DNA of 64,000 bases. It comes from Haliotis cracherodii. Its lineage: Eukaryota. The stretch is taken from contig NW_027266267.1 of NCBI RefSeq assembly GCF_022045235.1, positions 25,606,001 through 25,670,000 on the forward strand, in the 5' to 3' direction. The notes under the pieces are model-generated. The model searched no databases. It was not told the origin of the DNA and worked only from the letters and a program-made list of their open reading frames with translations. Both the position numbers and the translations under genes were made by a program. Position 1 is the first letter of the stretch, and every line of letters begins with the position of its first letter. This document shows positions 36,330-48,341 of the stretch, piece by piece.

Positions 36330-37991
36330 CGGCATTTGGCAAAAACGGCTACTATGTGTCGGGCGAAAACGGCACCTCTATTTTTAATAATGATAAGAAC
36401 GATTTTTGTAGTAATATATATGGTTTATTTACATGGTATTTGATCATGTTGATGTATTTACATGTTATTGGATGTATATGATATGTGATGTATTTACACA
36501 GAGAGGTAAGAAGTCTGAAGGTAAGAAGGTATGAATTAGGAGATAAACATACTGTGTTTTCAACGTAGAGCTAGGTTACCTATAGATTTAACCCCGCTAA
36601 ATTAATTTTGGAACTGAACGCGCAGCGTGAGGTTTCAAATGTTAAATTTAGCGCGGTTAAATCTACAGGTAACCTAGCTCTACATTGAAAACACAGTATG
36701 TTTATCTCCATTCTACCATGACTAAATAAAACGCGAACTCTTTGGTGTTAGCAAATATACTGAGTGAAGCGGCATGGGTTGAGTTCAGTGTTTTGAGTGG
36801 GTTATCGATCTGAATTGCGGAATCACCGAACATAATATGGTGCTGTATATATACGCAAGCAGTTTGTTTACACCGTAATACTTCGCACGAACATATGACA
36901 GGCATTGAAAGTATATAATCACTGCAACTTGGTAAGCTAACATGAGGTGGGCATCCCTAAAGAAAACAAAGCAAGCTTTGCAAGGCTTTCGCTCTACATC
37001 GCACGTCACCATTATGACGTCATATCGCTCATTGTGACGCAAAAGATATGACGTCACAGTCGTATATAGAAAAGCGCCAAAATTCCCAGCTCTCTGTTGT
37101 CTTCAAAACGTAAATACATTCCCTTTGTTGATTTCTGTCGTATTTTTCTGCACGAAATGTATTGCCACACATCCTTTGAATATTGTAGTAACCGCATCTG
37201 TGCATTTTGTAACCTGTAATTGTAGATATAATTATTTAAATGTGCCTACCGACAATGACTGAAAATAGTACTATCTATCAATTTTAGCTTCCGCGGTGAT
37301 GCGGCCGTCAAACCAGCTGTTTCAATCAGAGGGGGTTTATTGTGATTTAATAGCCTCTGATTGACCAATCAGAATCGAGTAAATTCCAAATTCATGGTAG
37401 AATAAAAGTTAAAATAAAATATTTGTTATGTTACAACATTGCGGTTATTCTGAGAATTCATACAATAGCACTATGCAGTTTATTTTATTATTATTTGTAC
37501 CTCGAAGTCGAATGTCCTCTGCCTTTTGGGGCGCAACAGTTCCCGTCAATTTTTTTTTTACAGGCAACAGAAAGTCCTGTTCCACATACATGAATCGATG
37601 GGTCCACTGGTCACAATTATCACATGATACAGCATGTTGATTTTTTCTGACATTCTTGTCGCATGCAACACATCGAAAAGCCATTATGAATAATTCTGAT
37701 TTGACAGCACCATGTTTGGCCTCTTAAAATACAGTTTCAGCTTAAATTGAGGAAAAGTACTTAAAACTTCAATGCATATAGGCCTAGTGTTTTCACAATA
37801 AGTTAACTGCGCCTACCAATTAGAGTTGGCGAGTAAATTGGAGAAGGTGGCTAATTTTTTACTTGTTTTATGTAAGTTTATTATCATTTATTTGACCAAG
37901 GTGTAAAAAAAATAAGGTGCCGTTTTCGCCAGGCAATAGTAGCCGTTTTCGCCCTGTGACGTTTTGCTGAGGTGCAGTTTTCGCTATAACC
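36330..37991. mobile_element. Possible degenerate MULE-like DNA element carrying a PHD-finger fragment (37595-37684, -) and nested palindromic elements
   Basis: Inverted subterminal repeats ggcgaaaacggcacc (~36362) / ggtgccgttttcgcc (~37917); MAFRCVACDKNVRKNQHAVSCDNCDQWTHR. Confidence 0.45.
36545..36703. repeat. ~160-bp near-perfect palindrome (hairpin-type non-autonomous DNA element)
   Basis: aaacatactgtgttttcaa.gtagagctaggttacct...aggtaacctagctctac.ttgaaaacacagtatgttt. Confidence 0.85.
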
Positions 37992-38159
37992 CGGGACAAG
38001 GGCTTGTGCGAAATATTATTAGAAACCCGTGCGGGTAAATACTAAAAACGTATAAAGACTCTCACTAAACTAATTAATATGACTAACATAAACTATAAAC
38101 AACGCCCACTAAATAGCCCCCAGTTTTACCCGTTAAGAAAAGCATATTACAAAGAGTTA

Positions 38160-38400
38160 AAGGATACCTTATCTTCGTGCTAATAATTTGACAGCGGACG
38201 GGAGTGCCCCGAGAGTTTGACGAGCGTAGGTCAGGAATGCTACTGACTAGTGTTTCTACATGGCGCATGGAACTATGGAACTATGGAACTATGAATTTAA
38301 TCGACAAACAGTTATACAACCTTTGCTACTTGTGTTGTTTATTTTTACTCCGTTTTGCAAAGTGCGCCAGTACTTCCGCCATTGTCGCTAATAAAGCAGC
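38160..38400 (-). promoter_or_regulatory. Candidate promoter / non-coding first exon of zinc-finger gene A
   Basis: Minus strand caATGGCGGAAGta (overlapping YY1-like and ETS motifs, 38371-38384); donor-like aag|gtatcc at ~38167; CpG-containing. Confidence 0.35.
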
Positions 38401-38742
38401 ATTTAAAAAGTAGTGACGAGGAACTAAAACGGAAAACAATTTCGATTTTCAGTTCGCTAAAACAAAGTGACAATTCGAACCAGAACTGGCGTGTTGCTAA
38501 TTCTCTGTAATTACGATCACTTGCCCAGCTTCAGTTTAATGTATTATGACACATAGTCTGAATTGTGTGCGAATGAATCGCGTATATACATAGTTAATTA
38601 GATACTGTACTATACAGTAGAGTGTACTTGGTGTATTGTATCACGCATGAGTACTGTTTCTCAATCCAACGTAGAGTGTATGTTTCATATAATGATGCTG
38701 CAATGTTAAAATCAAACTGCGATGTTTAAACCACTGCCAGTC

Positions 38743-39050
38743 AGGGGGCACGGGTGGCCCAGTCGTCTAAGGTGTCGCAATTCCCTGTGTAGAGGTGCAC
38801 GCCAGGGCCTCGTTCCACAAAGCGATCTTAGCGCTAAGTCGATCGTAACTCCCATTCTTTAACACTGACTTACGACAGTCTTAGCGCTAAGATCGCTTTG
38901 TGGAACGGGTCCCTGAAACCTATGATTGTGGGTTCGAACCCCGATTCGCCCTGATTATATTTCAAGGTTGGTCAGCGCCATACCCGTGCTCGTGGGTTTC
39001 AAGTGGGAAACGTCTGAGACATGCATCACGTTTGGGTGTCCTCCCACATG
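38743..39050 (+). mobile_element. SINE family C interrupted by a MITE
   Basis: C head and body on either side of the insertion. Confidence 0.75.
38806..38912. mobile_element. PIF/Harbinger-like MITE
   Basis: 33-bp TIR gg...cgttccacaaagcgatcttagcgctaag; CAG / CTG (CWG) flanks. Confidence 0.75.
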
Positions 39051-39195
39051 ATATCAAATAAAGTGTAAGTATCATTGATAGTAAGAGATGTTTCTCACAC
39101 ACCATGAAGCAGCCAGTATGGTGTACAAAACAATGGCCAAGAAAAAGGTGTGAAAACGTAAACTTGGCGCTTTTGCGCTTGATTAAATGTACGTA

Positions 39196-39199
<4 letters not shown>

Positions 39200-39251
<52 letters not shown>

Positions 39252-39447
39252 CCAAACGTGTTTCTTGTCGTTCATGTGCCGTGTACTTTCCCCGGTCTGT
39301 TATAACCTCCAACGGGCAATATGGTGTGATTGCACATATGTATTTTGGTTACTCGCAAGTAAACTGACATAGATTCAGCAAATCTGATTGAGCAAAAATA
39401 TATAGTGTTGTTGTTGAGGAAGTTGATTGTGGGAATGTTCTTTTTAG

Positions 39448-39505
<58 letters not shown>
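39200..39505. repeat. Two (GT)n microsatellites (~39200-39249 and ~39450-39505)
   Basis: Directly visible. Confidence 0.97.
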
Positions 39506-39507
<2 letters not shown>

Positions 39508-40194
39508 GTTGTTGTTGAACGCCGCACGCAGCAATAATCCAGCTTTATGACGACGGTCTGTAAATAATCAATATAATAATTTATATATAGATTTATTTGT
39601 ACAAATTTATAATAATTTTCAGATACATAAAAATACATGACACTCGTATGACACTCGGGTACATCTATTAAAAGTCAGGAACTCCATGGCAGCATCTAGA
39701 TAAAACTTATGTCGCCATTGGCCCGAATGCTGGATCTCAGAACGGCCTTGTGACAAGACATATTAGATTCTCATAAATATATATCATTCTTTTCTTTTAG
39801 CACAGATTTATTGCACTAACAACAACACAACATGATTGGTAATCAATATGTATCTGTGGCACCCAGAATTCATTTGTGAAATGCAAACTTCAGCTTCTTA
39901 GCTAAGAACCAGCGTTCACCTGTCAGGAACAGACTGTAACCCCCCAGCCCTAATCCCCTTAATCCTCCCTTAATTTCAGTTTTGAGATAACTGGGAAGAC
40001 CCCATTTGTAACAACGCAAAAGAATCTTAAAAGCGCTAACGAGGAGGCGTGGCTTAATTAGCATGGCCGATTAGGCCTGCAAGCTGATTGGGTATTACCA
40101 CCTGCCGGGTACAGGATATACGTGATTGTTTCATCAGTTGTTGGGAGACCTGTCTTGTATGTATAATACCGGTATGGATTCCATGTATGTCAAG

Positions 40195-40449
40195 GTGGCA
40201 CGGGTGGCCCAGTCGTCTAAGGCGCCGCGATTCGCTGTGCAGAGTTGCCTATGATTGCGGGTTCGAATCCCGGCTCCCCCGATTATGTTTCTAGGTCTGT
40301 CAAAACCGTACCCGTGCTCGTGGGTTTCACCGAAGTGGTAAACGTCTGGGACCTGCATCACTTCGGGCTTTTCTCCCACATTAAGCTGACACGCCGTGAT
40401 ATGACTGGAATACTGTTAAAAGCGGCGTTAAACCCAACTCACTCACTCA
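40195..40449 (+). mobile_element. SINE family C, full length (small head deletion)
   Basis: TSD ccatgtatgtcaag. Confidence 0.9.
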
Positions 40450-40764
40450 CCATGTATGTCAAGCGTAACCTCGATTTAACGTGAATCATATAATTTGAAA
40501 ATTGTAACATATTTTCCATTCCAATTTTAAGGGGCGCGGGTTCTATCACGTAATCAGTCTATGAAATGTCGCTTCATCTTTGCAGCGCTATTTCAAGACT
40601 GCACCAGGATATGGAGATTTGGAGAAACTAAAGTAAACAAACGAACCATGCACTCTTTATTTTCCAATCGCTTGTAATCCATGATTATACTATTTATTTC
40701 CGTTACTATTGTCGGTCTGGGGTAGGGACTCACTTGTACTTCTTCCGAAATCAACAATTCATCT

Positions 40765-40977
40765 GACCCGTAAAGATCCGGGATAGAATAGGTCTTCAGC
40801 AACCCATGCTTGCCGTAAAAGGCGACCATGCTTGTCGTAAGAGGCGACTAACGGGATCGGGTGGTCAGGCTCGCTGACTTTGTTTGATGTATGTCATCGT
40901 ATCCCAATTGCGTGGATCGTTGCTCATGATGTCAATCACTGGATTGTCTGGTCTAGACTCGATTATTTACAGACTGA
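40765..40977 (+). mobile_element. SINE-like family B copy lacking its tail
   Basis: Head with two hairpin modules; body match. Confidence 0.85.
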
Positions 40978-41379
40978 ACTCAATTTGTGATGTTGTTGTT
41001 TGTTTATTCTTTCACGCCGCACTCCAGCTATAAATGAAGGCGGTAATTAGTCCTTGTCACATTTCCGTTGTTGAAAGAAAGAGGAGTATATGTCAATCCT
41101 TCAATACGAAGAAAAGTACTGTGTGAAAATGACCAATGTTTTCTCGTGGATAGGAGAATGTCTAAGAGTTAAAAGGAGTGAATAAAAAGTTTGCTTTGCC
41201 GAGCACGTGTGCAACCGACCATGCCCGTGAACGGAGGCTAGCCTGCCAGAATGTGACCGGAGGGGCGGGCTTGTGCAATCAAGGCGTGTCGGTAATTTCC
41301 TCCACCAAGGCCATATATGGAGCCTCTGTATATAAAGGCTCCGCCTCCGCTGTATTTTCGTTTCAGCCTTTGAAATTGC

Positions 41380-41465
41380 ATCTTCCCGAGGCAAGGGAGT
41401 TAACTGACTGTAAAAGTCCAGTTTCCAAGTTAATAGTCAGTTAACTCCCTTGCCTCAGGAAGAAG
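41380..41465. repeat. Family E element end forming an inverted repeat; related copies at ~13523-13618 (+) and ~61193-61275 (-)
   Basis: tcttcccgaggcaagggagttaactgact ... agtcagttaactcccttgcctcaggaaga. Confidence 0.7.
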
Positions 41466-41661
41466 TTGAAATTGATGGACGGGACCAAAGTTCAAATCAC
41501 CCACTTTACGAACCGCTTTTGATGTTTTAAATATAATATTTGTATTAATGATATTGCGATCTATCCAAATCTGCAAAGTTGTATTTACCCATGAGTCCTG
41601 CACTTTAAGCTGACACGGCGTGATATAACTCACTCATTGTCAATTTGTTATGTCATGTGCA

Positions 41662-42105
41662 GTACACATGACGTACTGTACACACAGAACTGTGACGTTA
41701 TGTACATACTGAACTGTGACGTTATGTACATACTGAACTGTGACGTTATGTACACACTGAACTGTGACGTTATGTACACACTGAACTGTGACGTTGTGTA
41801 CACACAGAACTGTGACGTCATGTACACACAGAACTGTGACGTTATGTACATACTGAACTGTGACGTTATGAACACACAGAACTGTGACGTCATGTACACA
41901 CTGAACTGTGACGTTATGTACATACTGAACCGTGACGTTATGTACAAACAGAACCGTGACGTTATGTACATACTGAACTGTGACGTTATGTACAAACAGA
42001 ACCGTGACGTTATGTACATACTGAACTGTGACGTTATGTCGCACAGAACTGGGACGTGTACAGTCAGAGCTGAGACGTCGTGTATATACAGAACTGGGAC
42101 GTGTG
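41662..42105. repeat. 24-bp minisatellite, about 18 units
   Basis: Unit gaactgtgacgttatgtacaYact. Confidence 0.95.
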
Positions 42106-43019
42106 CCAGCTTTAAATGGCATAAGAGACTAAAGTGACTCAGGTATGAGACGTTTACCAGATGAGAACCACGAGGTGGGGTATGAGGTATGGCTCTGACA
42201 CACCCAGGATAATAATCAACACGAATCTGAGATTCGAACCCGAGATCAACACATGCTGGTGCAACTACGCGACGCAACTTTGCAAATCAACCAGTAAACT
42301 TTAAATACGTGGCATTGGTTACCATTCATTCAAGTGCGGACACGAGGGCGACCTTTCGCGTTGCTTGAATGATATAATTATTGATGAAACCCATGACCCT
42401 GAGCATTTAAACCCTAATTTTACAATCGGAAATATATCGAGTTAACCAACGTTCGAGCCAAGCGGAGTTCCAAGGCCATAGTTCAGATTCTTACAGGTAA
42501 GTTACATCGTTGTATGAATAGCATTTAGCTTAACCAGATGTCACTGCATATTATATTGATAAAACAAACATTTCCTGAAACGAAGACTTTTATTTGAGCA
42601 GCAAAATCTGCTCATTACCAATTGAACAACTCTTCATAAAACAATGTATTACCATATAATGTATTACCATTTGAACAACTCTTAAAAATATTGACAACAC
42701 TGTAGGCTTCATTATATATTAGATTAATAAAACAGAAGTATGTGTAGTCATAATTATTCAATATATTAAAAGGATTCTGTAAATTATGTACAACAGTGTA
42801 AAAAGGAGGATTTGCACATGACAAACATTCTTTAAGACTGATAAATGCTGTACATAATATACTGGCACATTGTTCCACAACCCCCGGGTAATAGAGTCGA
42901 CTAAAATGGAGCAAAGTTCGGATTATTGACCGACTTCGGAGTTCCAACCACATCGTGTATTTTCAGTTACTAGATCGATGGCATGCAGTTTTGGCAACCT
43001 CAGGCAAAATTCAATAATA

Positions 43020-43765
43020 ATTAAACACTCGTCAAACATTGTATTAGGCCATCTCCTGCCTACCAAACTATTTATCTTCAGTCACTGGATCAGATCCACA
43101 TGCTTTCTGCCAGCTTCTGTGGATCCCACTTTGTCGCTTTATTCACAAGTTTAGTATTTCAAAACACCTGTAATTCCAGCCACCTCCTGTCCACCACGCT
43201 ATTCATTTTCAGTCACGACGTCGGTTTCGCATAGTTTTGGCCATAGCTTGTGGAACCACACCATTTATTTTCCGTCGTGTATTTTTGGCCATCTCCTGTG
43301 GACCACACTCTGCCCCTTCATTCAGGAGGTTGGCATCATATATTTTGACCATCTCCTGTGGACCACACTATGCCCTTTCATTCAGGAGGTCGGCATCATA
43401 TATTTTGACCATCTCCTGTGGACCACACTATGCCTCTTCATTCATTAGGTCGACATCATACATTTTGGCTGTCTCCTACGAAGCACATTCTGTCCCTTCA
43501 GTCAGGAAGTACCACATATTTATGGCCATCCCGTGTCCCTTCATTCAATAGATCAATGTCACATATTTTTGGTCATCTACAACACTATATGATTCAAAAA
43601 ACCTTCTGTAAATTGCAGCCACCTTCTGTCCACCACACTTTTTATCTGCAGTCACTTTGTCGGTTTCACATAGTTTTGGCCAGAGCTTGTTGAACGCACT
43701 ATTTATTTTCCATCACTGGCTCAGTGTCACGTATTTTTGGCCATCTCTTGTGAACCACACTGTGT
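43020..43765. repeat. Degenerate ~60-bp minisatellite 3' of zinc-finger gene B, same family as 30150-31420
   Basis: gccatctcctgtggaccacact units at ~60-bp spacing. Confidence 0.85.
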
Positions 43766-44186
43766 CGCTTCATGTGATAGCTGTCAAGGAACTTCTTCCC
43801 ACAGGTTGGACACTCATACTTCTTCTCCAGTTCCTTGCCCTCGTGCCTTGCCGTGTGCTTCTTCAGAGCTTCTGCTTTCATGAATCGTTCTCCACAAATC
43901 TTACACTGGTATGGCGTCTCCCCAGTGTGCAGACGCAGGTGGCGCTTGAGGTTAGCAGAGATGGTGAACCTCATACCACAGACCCGACACACATACGCCT
44001 TCTCACTGTGATACTTCATGTGATTTCGGAGCTCCAGGACAAGCTTCCCACAGATATTACACTTATTCTTATCAAAGTTACTCTCAGATTCACCATCGGT
44101 TGACCTTTTCTTGGACTTTGGTAAATCTTTCTTTGAATCTGACTTTCGCTTGGGTGTCGGTAAATCCTTTGCTGGGCTTGGGTTTG

Positions 44187-44217
<31 letters not shown>

Positions 44218-46818
44218 CTCAGTCCCAGTCTTCTCACTGGAATTCAAATTCTTTCCCAGAGATGAGTATCTCCCCTTTCCAACGGCAACATTGTCAGGGT
44301 GTTTCTTGCTTCTGTGTTTTCTAAGTCCACTTACCGACAGGAATGGTATCCCACATATTCCACAAGAATAAGGCTTTATGCATTCTGATATTATCTGACT
44401 GCTTGGGGTCTCTTTGGGAATGTTTGAGTGGGTTTTCTGTGTGTGGCCATTAAGAAGTTCCAGGCTGGTGAAGCTCATCAGACACTGATCACAATCGAAG
44501 GACTGTAAAATGTTCTTGGTTCTCTGTTCTTCAGACTCTGCATCAAGAGACTTCTTATTTGGGTTCTCGTGGGTCATTTCATGTCCAATTTTGGTGCTCA
44601 GCTGGGCAAATCGTTTCCCACAATATATACAAACATGGGGCTTCCTGCCAGTGTGGATATTCATATGAATAGCTAATGCATTTTTATGAATACACTCCAT
44701 GCCACATATTTCACAGGTAGCCGATTTCAGACTTGCCGCTGTATGTTTGTGCATGTGATAATCTAGAGTGCTTTTAAAATTAAAGCGTTCCTCACATACT
44801 GGACACTCTATCGGCTTCTCCTCTAAGTGTACCACCATGTGTTTTCGGAGATTAGCAGGTGAAGCATATTGTCTGCCACACACCTCACACTTGTTCAAGG
44901 TGGAATCTTCATGGACCTTCAAATGAGTGAAATAATTGTCTTTACGGGTAAACACCTTGCCACACTTGGAACATTCCCATCGTCCTTTGAGGGTATGCAT
45001 TCTTCTGTGCTTTTCCAATGTGATAAAACGGTCAAATCGCTTGTCACAAAGATCACACCAGTAAGGGGTAGGTTCGTCCGCATGCTCCCTCATATGGCCT
45101 TGGAACAACACAAAGTCTTTTATCGTTTTACCGCATATTTTACACTTGTGTCTGTGTGATTTCGTTATATGCTGCTTCAGATCTGAGGAAGGGAATCTTT
45201 TCTTACAGACAGGACACTTTTCCAAAGCTTTCGGCTTCCTGCCCCTTTTTTTCTTCTGTTGTTTTGTATGACGGGGGGAGGATTCTTGTTGCGAGACGCT
45301 TTTTCGTGGCGCCTCCCGCTCAAGTGGAGCTCTAGGACTAATTTCAGAAGGATCTGTACTTAAAGGATCTTTTCCAGAAGCATCTGGAACCAAGGGTTTA
45401 ACGTTAGGCATAACTGATTGACGAGTTGTAGCAAGAGTCATGTTCACGTGGACATTATCCAATGCAGTATGTTCACGAGGGTTATCAGCTTGTGTTGCAA
45501 ACGCAAGACTTTCGGCAATGTTGACATGAGATTCCGTCTGATGACTGTTGCAACCATCCATAGCAGAGATCACCTTAGTGACATCACTGCCATGATGAGG
45601 TATGACTGAGCCACACTCTTCACCTGAATCACACACTTCCTTTTTTATCAGTATCCCTGAATTGGCTGGCTCGTGTGCATCTCCATTACCATTGTTACCA
45701 TCACCGTCGTCAACCTCATCATTATCATCACCACCACCTTCACTGTCGACCCCATCATCATCACCACCACCATCACTACCACCACCTCCATCATGTGTGT
45801 GTATGTTCTTCGTGATGTGTACAGAAGCAATTTGTGTATCAATTGTTTCTCCACACTTTGTTTCTCCTCTATCCATTGCAGTATGTGTTTGGTGATCGTA
45901 AACCGTCCCTGAAACATGTTCTTTCTTTAAGTGAATATTATAATCGAAAGCGTCAGCTCTGCATGCTGCTGTCAATACATCATCCCCGAATGGAAGAGTC
46001 CTTGGTCTAATTCCAGTTCCTTTTGGACAAATCTCTTCACTCTGAAGCTCCGTGGATGTGTGTTCATGCGCGGATGAGGCTGTTTGACCCGTAGCTGGGG
46101 TTTCAATCTCTTTTTTGATGCGATCTTGACAAACACTATCTGACCTGACCTCGTCACCATACATATAGCCCGTTCCATGGGGCGTTGCCTGCATGTCAGC
46201 TCCACATATACCAGGCATACCTGTGTCACTGTTATTGGTTTGCAGATCCATTGATGAAACCTCAAGATCTGATGACACAGCTTCAGTTTTAACTTTCACG
46301 TCATAATCCACTCTTGGCCATAACCTACTGACAGAGTCATCGTGTGGGCTACTGCTCCGTGTATGTACGTGGACCCTTTTCAACACATCCAGTTCTTCTT
46401 CGTCGTTTCCACTGTTTCTGTCTCTCCCTGCCGTGATTACAACAGGACAACGTGTTCTATTCCCATCTTGTGTTGCATGCTTCATCTGATTGGTTGTCCC
46501 GAGGTTACTAAAATGGTTGAAGTCAGGACTATTCTTGACTTCATCGTGTACAGATTGCCTGTGTATCCCCAGGTATTCTTCATTGTGTACTTCATCATCT
46601 GAGCTGTCCTCGATATCGGTCATAGGGGTGATTTCAGTATCAGATTGTAGGAACAGATCCTCTTCATATAATGGCCCCTTGGGTGCTTGAAGACAGTTCC
46701 GGTCTTCTCGGGACCTACCATTACCGGCGACAGTGGAAAGTTCCATGTTGCAAGCCATGTTTGTTACAACACATGCAGTTGGTGGTGCACACAGCAGCTG
46801 ATGGCTCGTGTCACGCAT
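43699..46818 (-). CDS. C2H2 zinc-finger protein B (~1039 aa, 14 fingers), paralogue of gene A
   Basis: 3.1-kb ORF; fingers and N-terminal blocks (TPMTDIEDSS, IKKEVCDS.EECGSVIPHHGSDVTKV) shared with gene A; acceptor (tgttacag) at ~46889; 3' flank 42540-42860 is homologous to 29780-30000. Confidence 0.92.
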
Positions 46819-47076
46819 CAAGGGAGGTAACTCTGATTTCCAAAGTATCCCTGTGTTGCTGAAGTCTCCAAACTTTCATTGCACTGCGCTGTAACATAAA
46901 GGACAATAGACACATAAAACAGTCAGTAACTATACACTCCTAAAAAAGTAGGGGATCGCGAAATATATGTTATGTTCGGTCATCAGAAGACAGATTTGGG
47001 ACCGACCACTTGGAATTCTCGGGGGCCTGGGATTTGTATCCAGGGAGACGTGTACACCTACGTCAAAGGCCTGGCT

Positions 47077-47209
47077 CAACCAAGTCAGCGAGCCTGACCA
47101 CCCGATCCCGTTAGTCGCCTCTTACGACAAAGAAAGTCGACAAGCAAAGTCGCCTTTTACGGCAAGCATGGGTTGCTGAAGACCTATTCTACCCGGATCT
47201 TCACGGGTC
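47077..47209 (-). mobile_element. SINE-like family B, 5' half
   Basis: Intact head ending at GACCCGTG (47209). Confidence 0.8.
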
Positions 47210-47342
47210 TGCGAGGGGTGTGGTCAAGTTTCGCTCAAATTGGCATAGGATTGATTCGGACCATGTCAAGCCTTATAAACGAATATTTGACCATTCGTAG
47301 GTGAATGACCCCTTATTAATTAGGTCACCTTAAACTTTTATA

Positions 47343-48306
47343 AACTGGGCGACAAAAGAAAGTATAGGTCGAGTTCCATGATCGATAAAAAAATAACAAG
47401 AAGAGGTTTTGTTGTGAATTATATTATAATCTAGGGAGGGGTAACAAATGATTAATCAACCACAGTTTGAATGAAATTGTGCAATCACAGGTAATGTAAG
47501 CTTAAGGTAAACAATGGTGGGGTAAGAAAATTCATTTCCAAAAGTTGTCTGAAATGTCCCCCAAAAATTGTCAGACACACTCTCAAGTTCATTGTCGACT
47601 CAGTTGCCTTCAACAGCGTGTATGACATCCAGCTGCCTCAATGTATGCTGTGATACGCCGCCTCATCGATGACGTGAGTCTTTTGATGACGTGGACTGGA
47701 ATCCGTTGCCACTCGTCCCCAAGGGCCTGCTGCAATTCTTGTCTGTTGACGGGAGGCTGATGGCGGTCTCTAATCTGTCTGTCAACGCCAACGTTCTGCT
47801 TGTTTAGAAAGTTCCGAGTCAGTCTTGCAGTATGGGGCCTGACATTGTCGTGTTGAAACAGTGTCCCCTGCTGTTGGTTTTGTGAAAACGGAAGCACAAC
47901 TGGCTGCAACACTTGGTCTCTGTACTGCACAGCGTTCAGGTTTCCCTGTTTATTCACCTAATCAGTCGTCTGATCTCCACAAATACCGCCCCACACCATG
48001 ATACCTCCCCCGCCGAATGGATGGACCTCTCGAATACACCCCGGAGCCAAACGTTCCCCTCTGCGTCGATAAACTCGTTCTCTCCCGTCATTTCGAAACA
48101 AGTTAGACCGACTTTCATCAGTAAACAGCACGCGACGCCAATTTCTCACTTGCCAGCGTCGAACCTGCCTCGCCCATCGCAGTCTCAGGCGTCGATGTTG
48201 AGCAGTCAGTACCATTCCTCGGAAAGGACGATACGCTCGGATTCCAGCAGCACGAAGTCGTCGTAGTACTGTACGTTGGCTAATGGAATGTCCCAACGCT
48301 GTTGCT

Positions 48307-48341
<35 letters not shown>

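Noticed and set aside
37445-37684. PHD-finger host gene
   Set aside because: Only the first five ligands are present before the sequence degenerates; it lies within TE-like inverted repeats
41637-42277. 160-209 aa ORFs over the 24-bp repeat
   Set aside because: Open in three frames because of the periodicity; no non-repeat coding context
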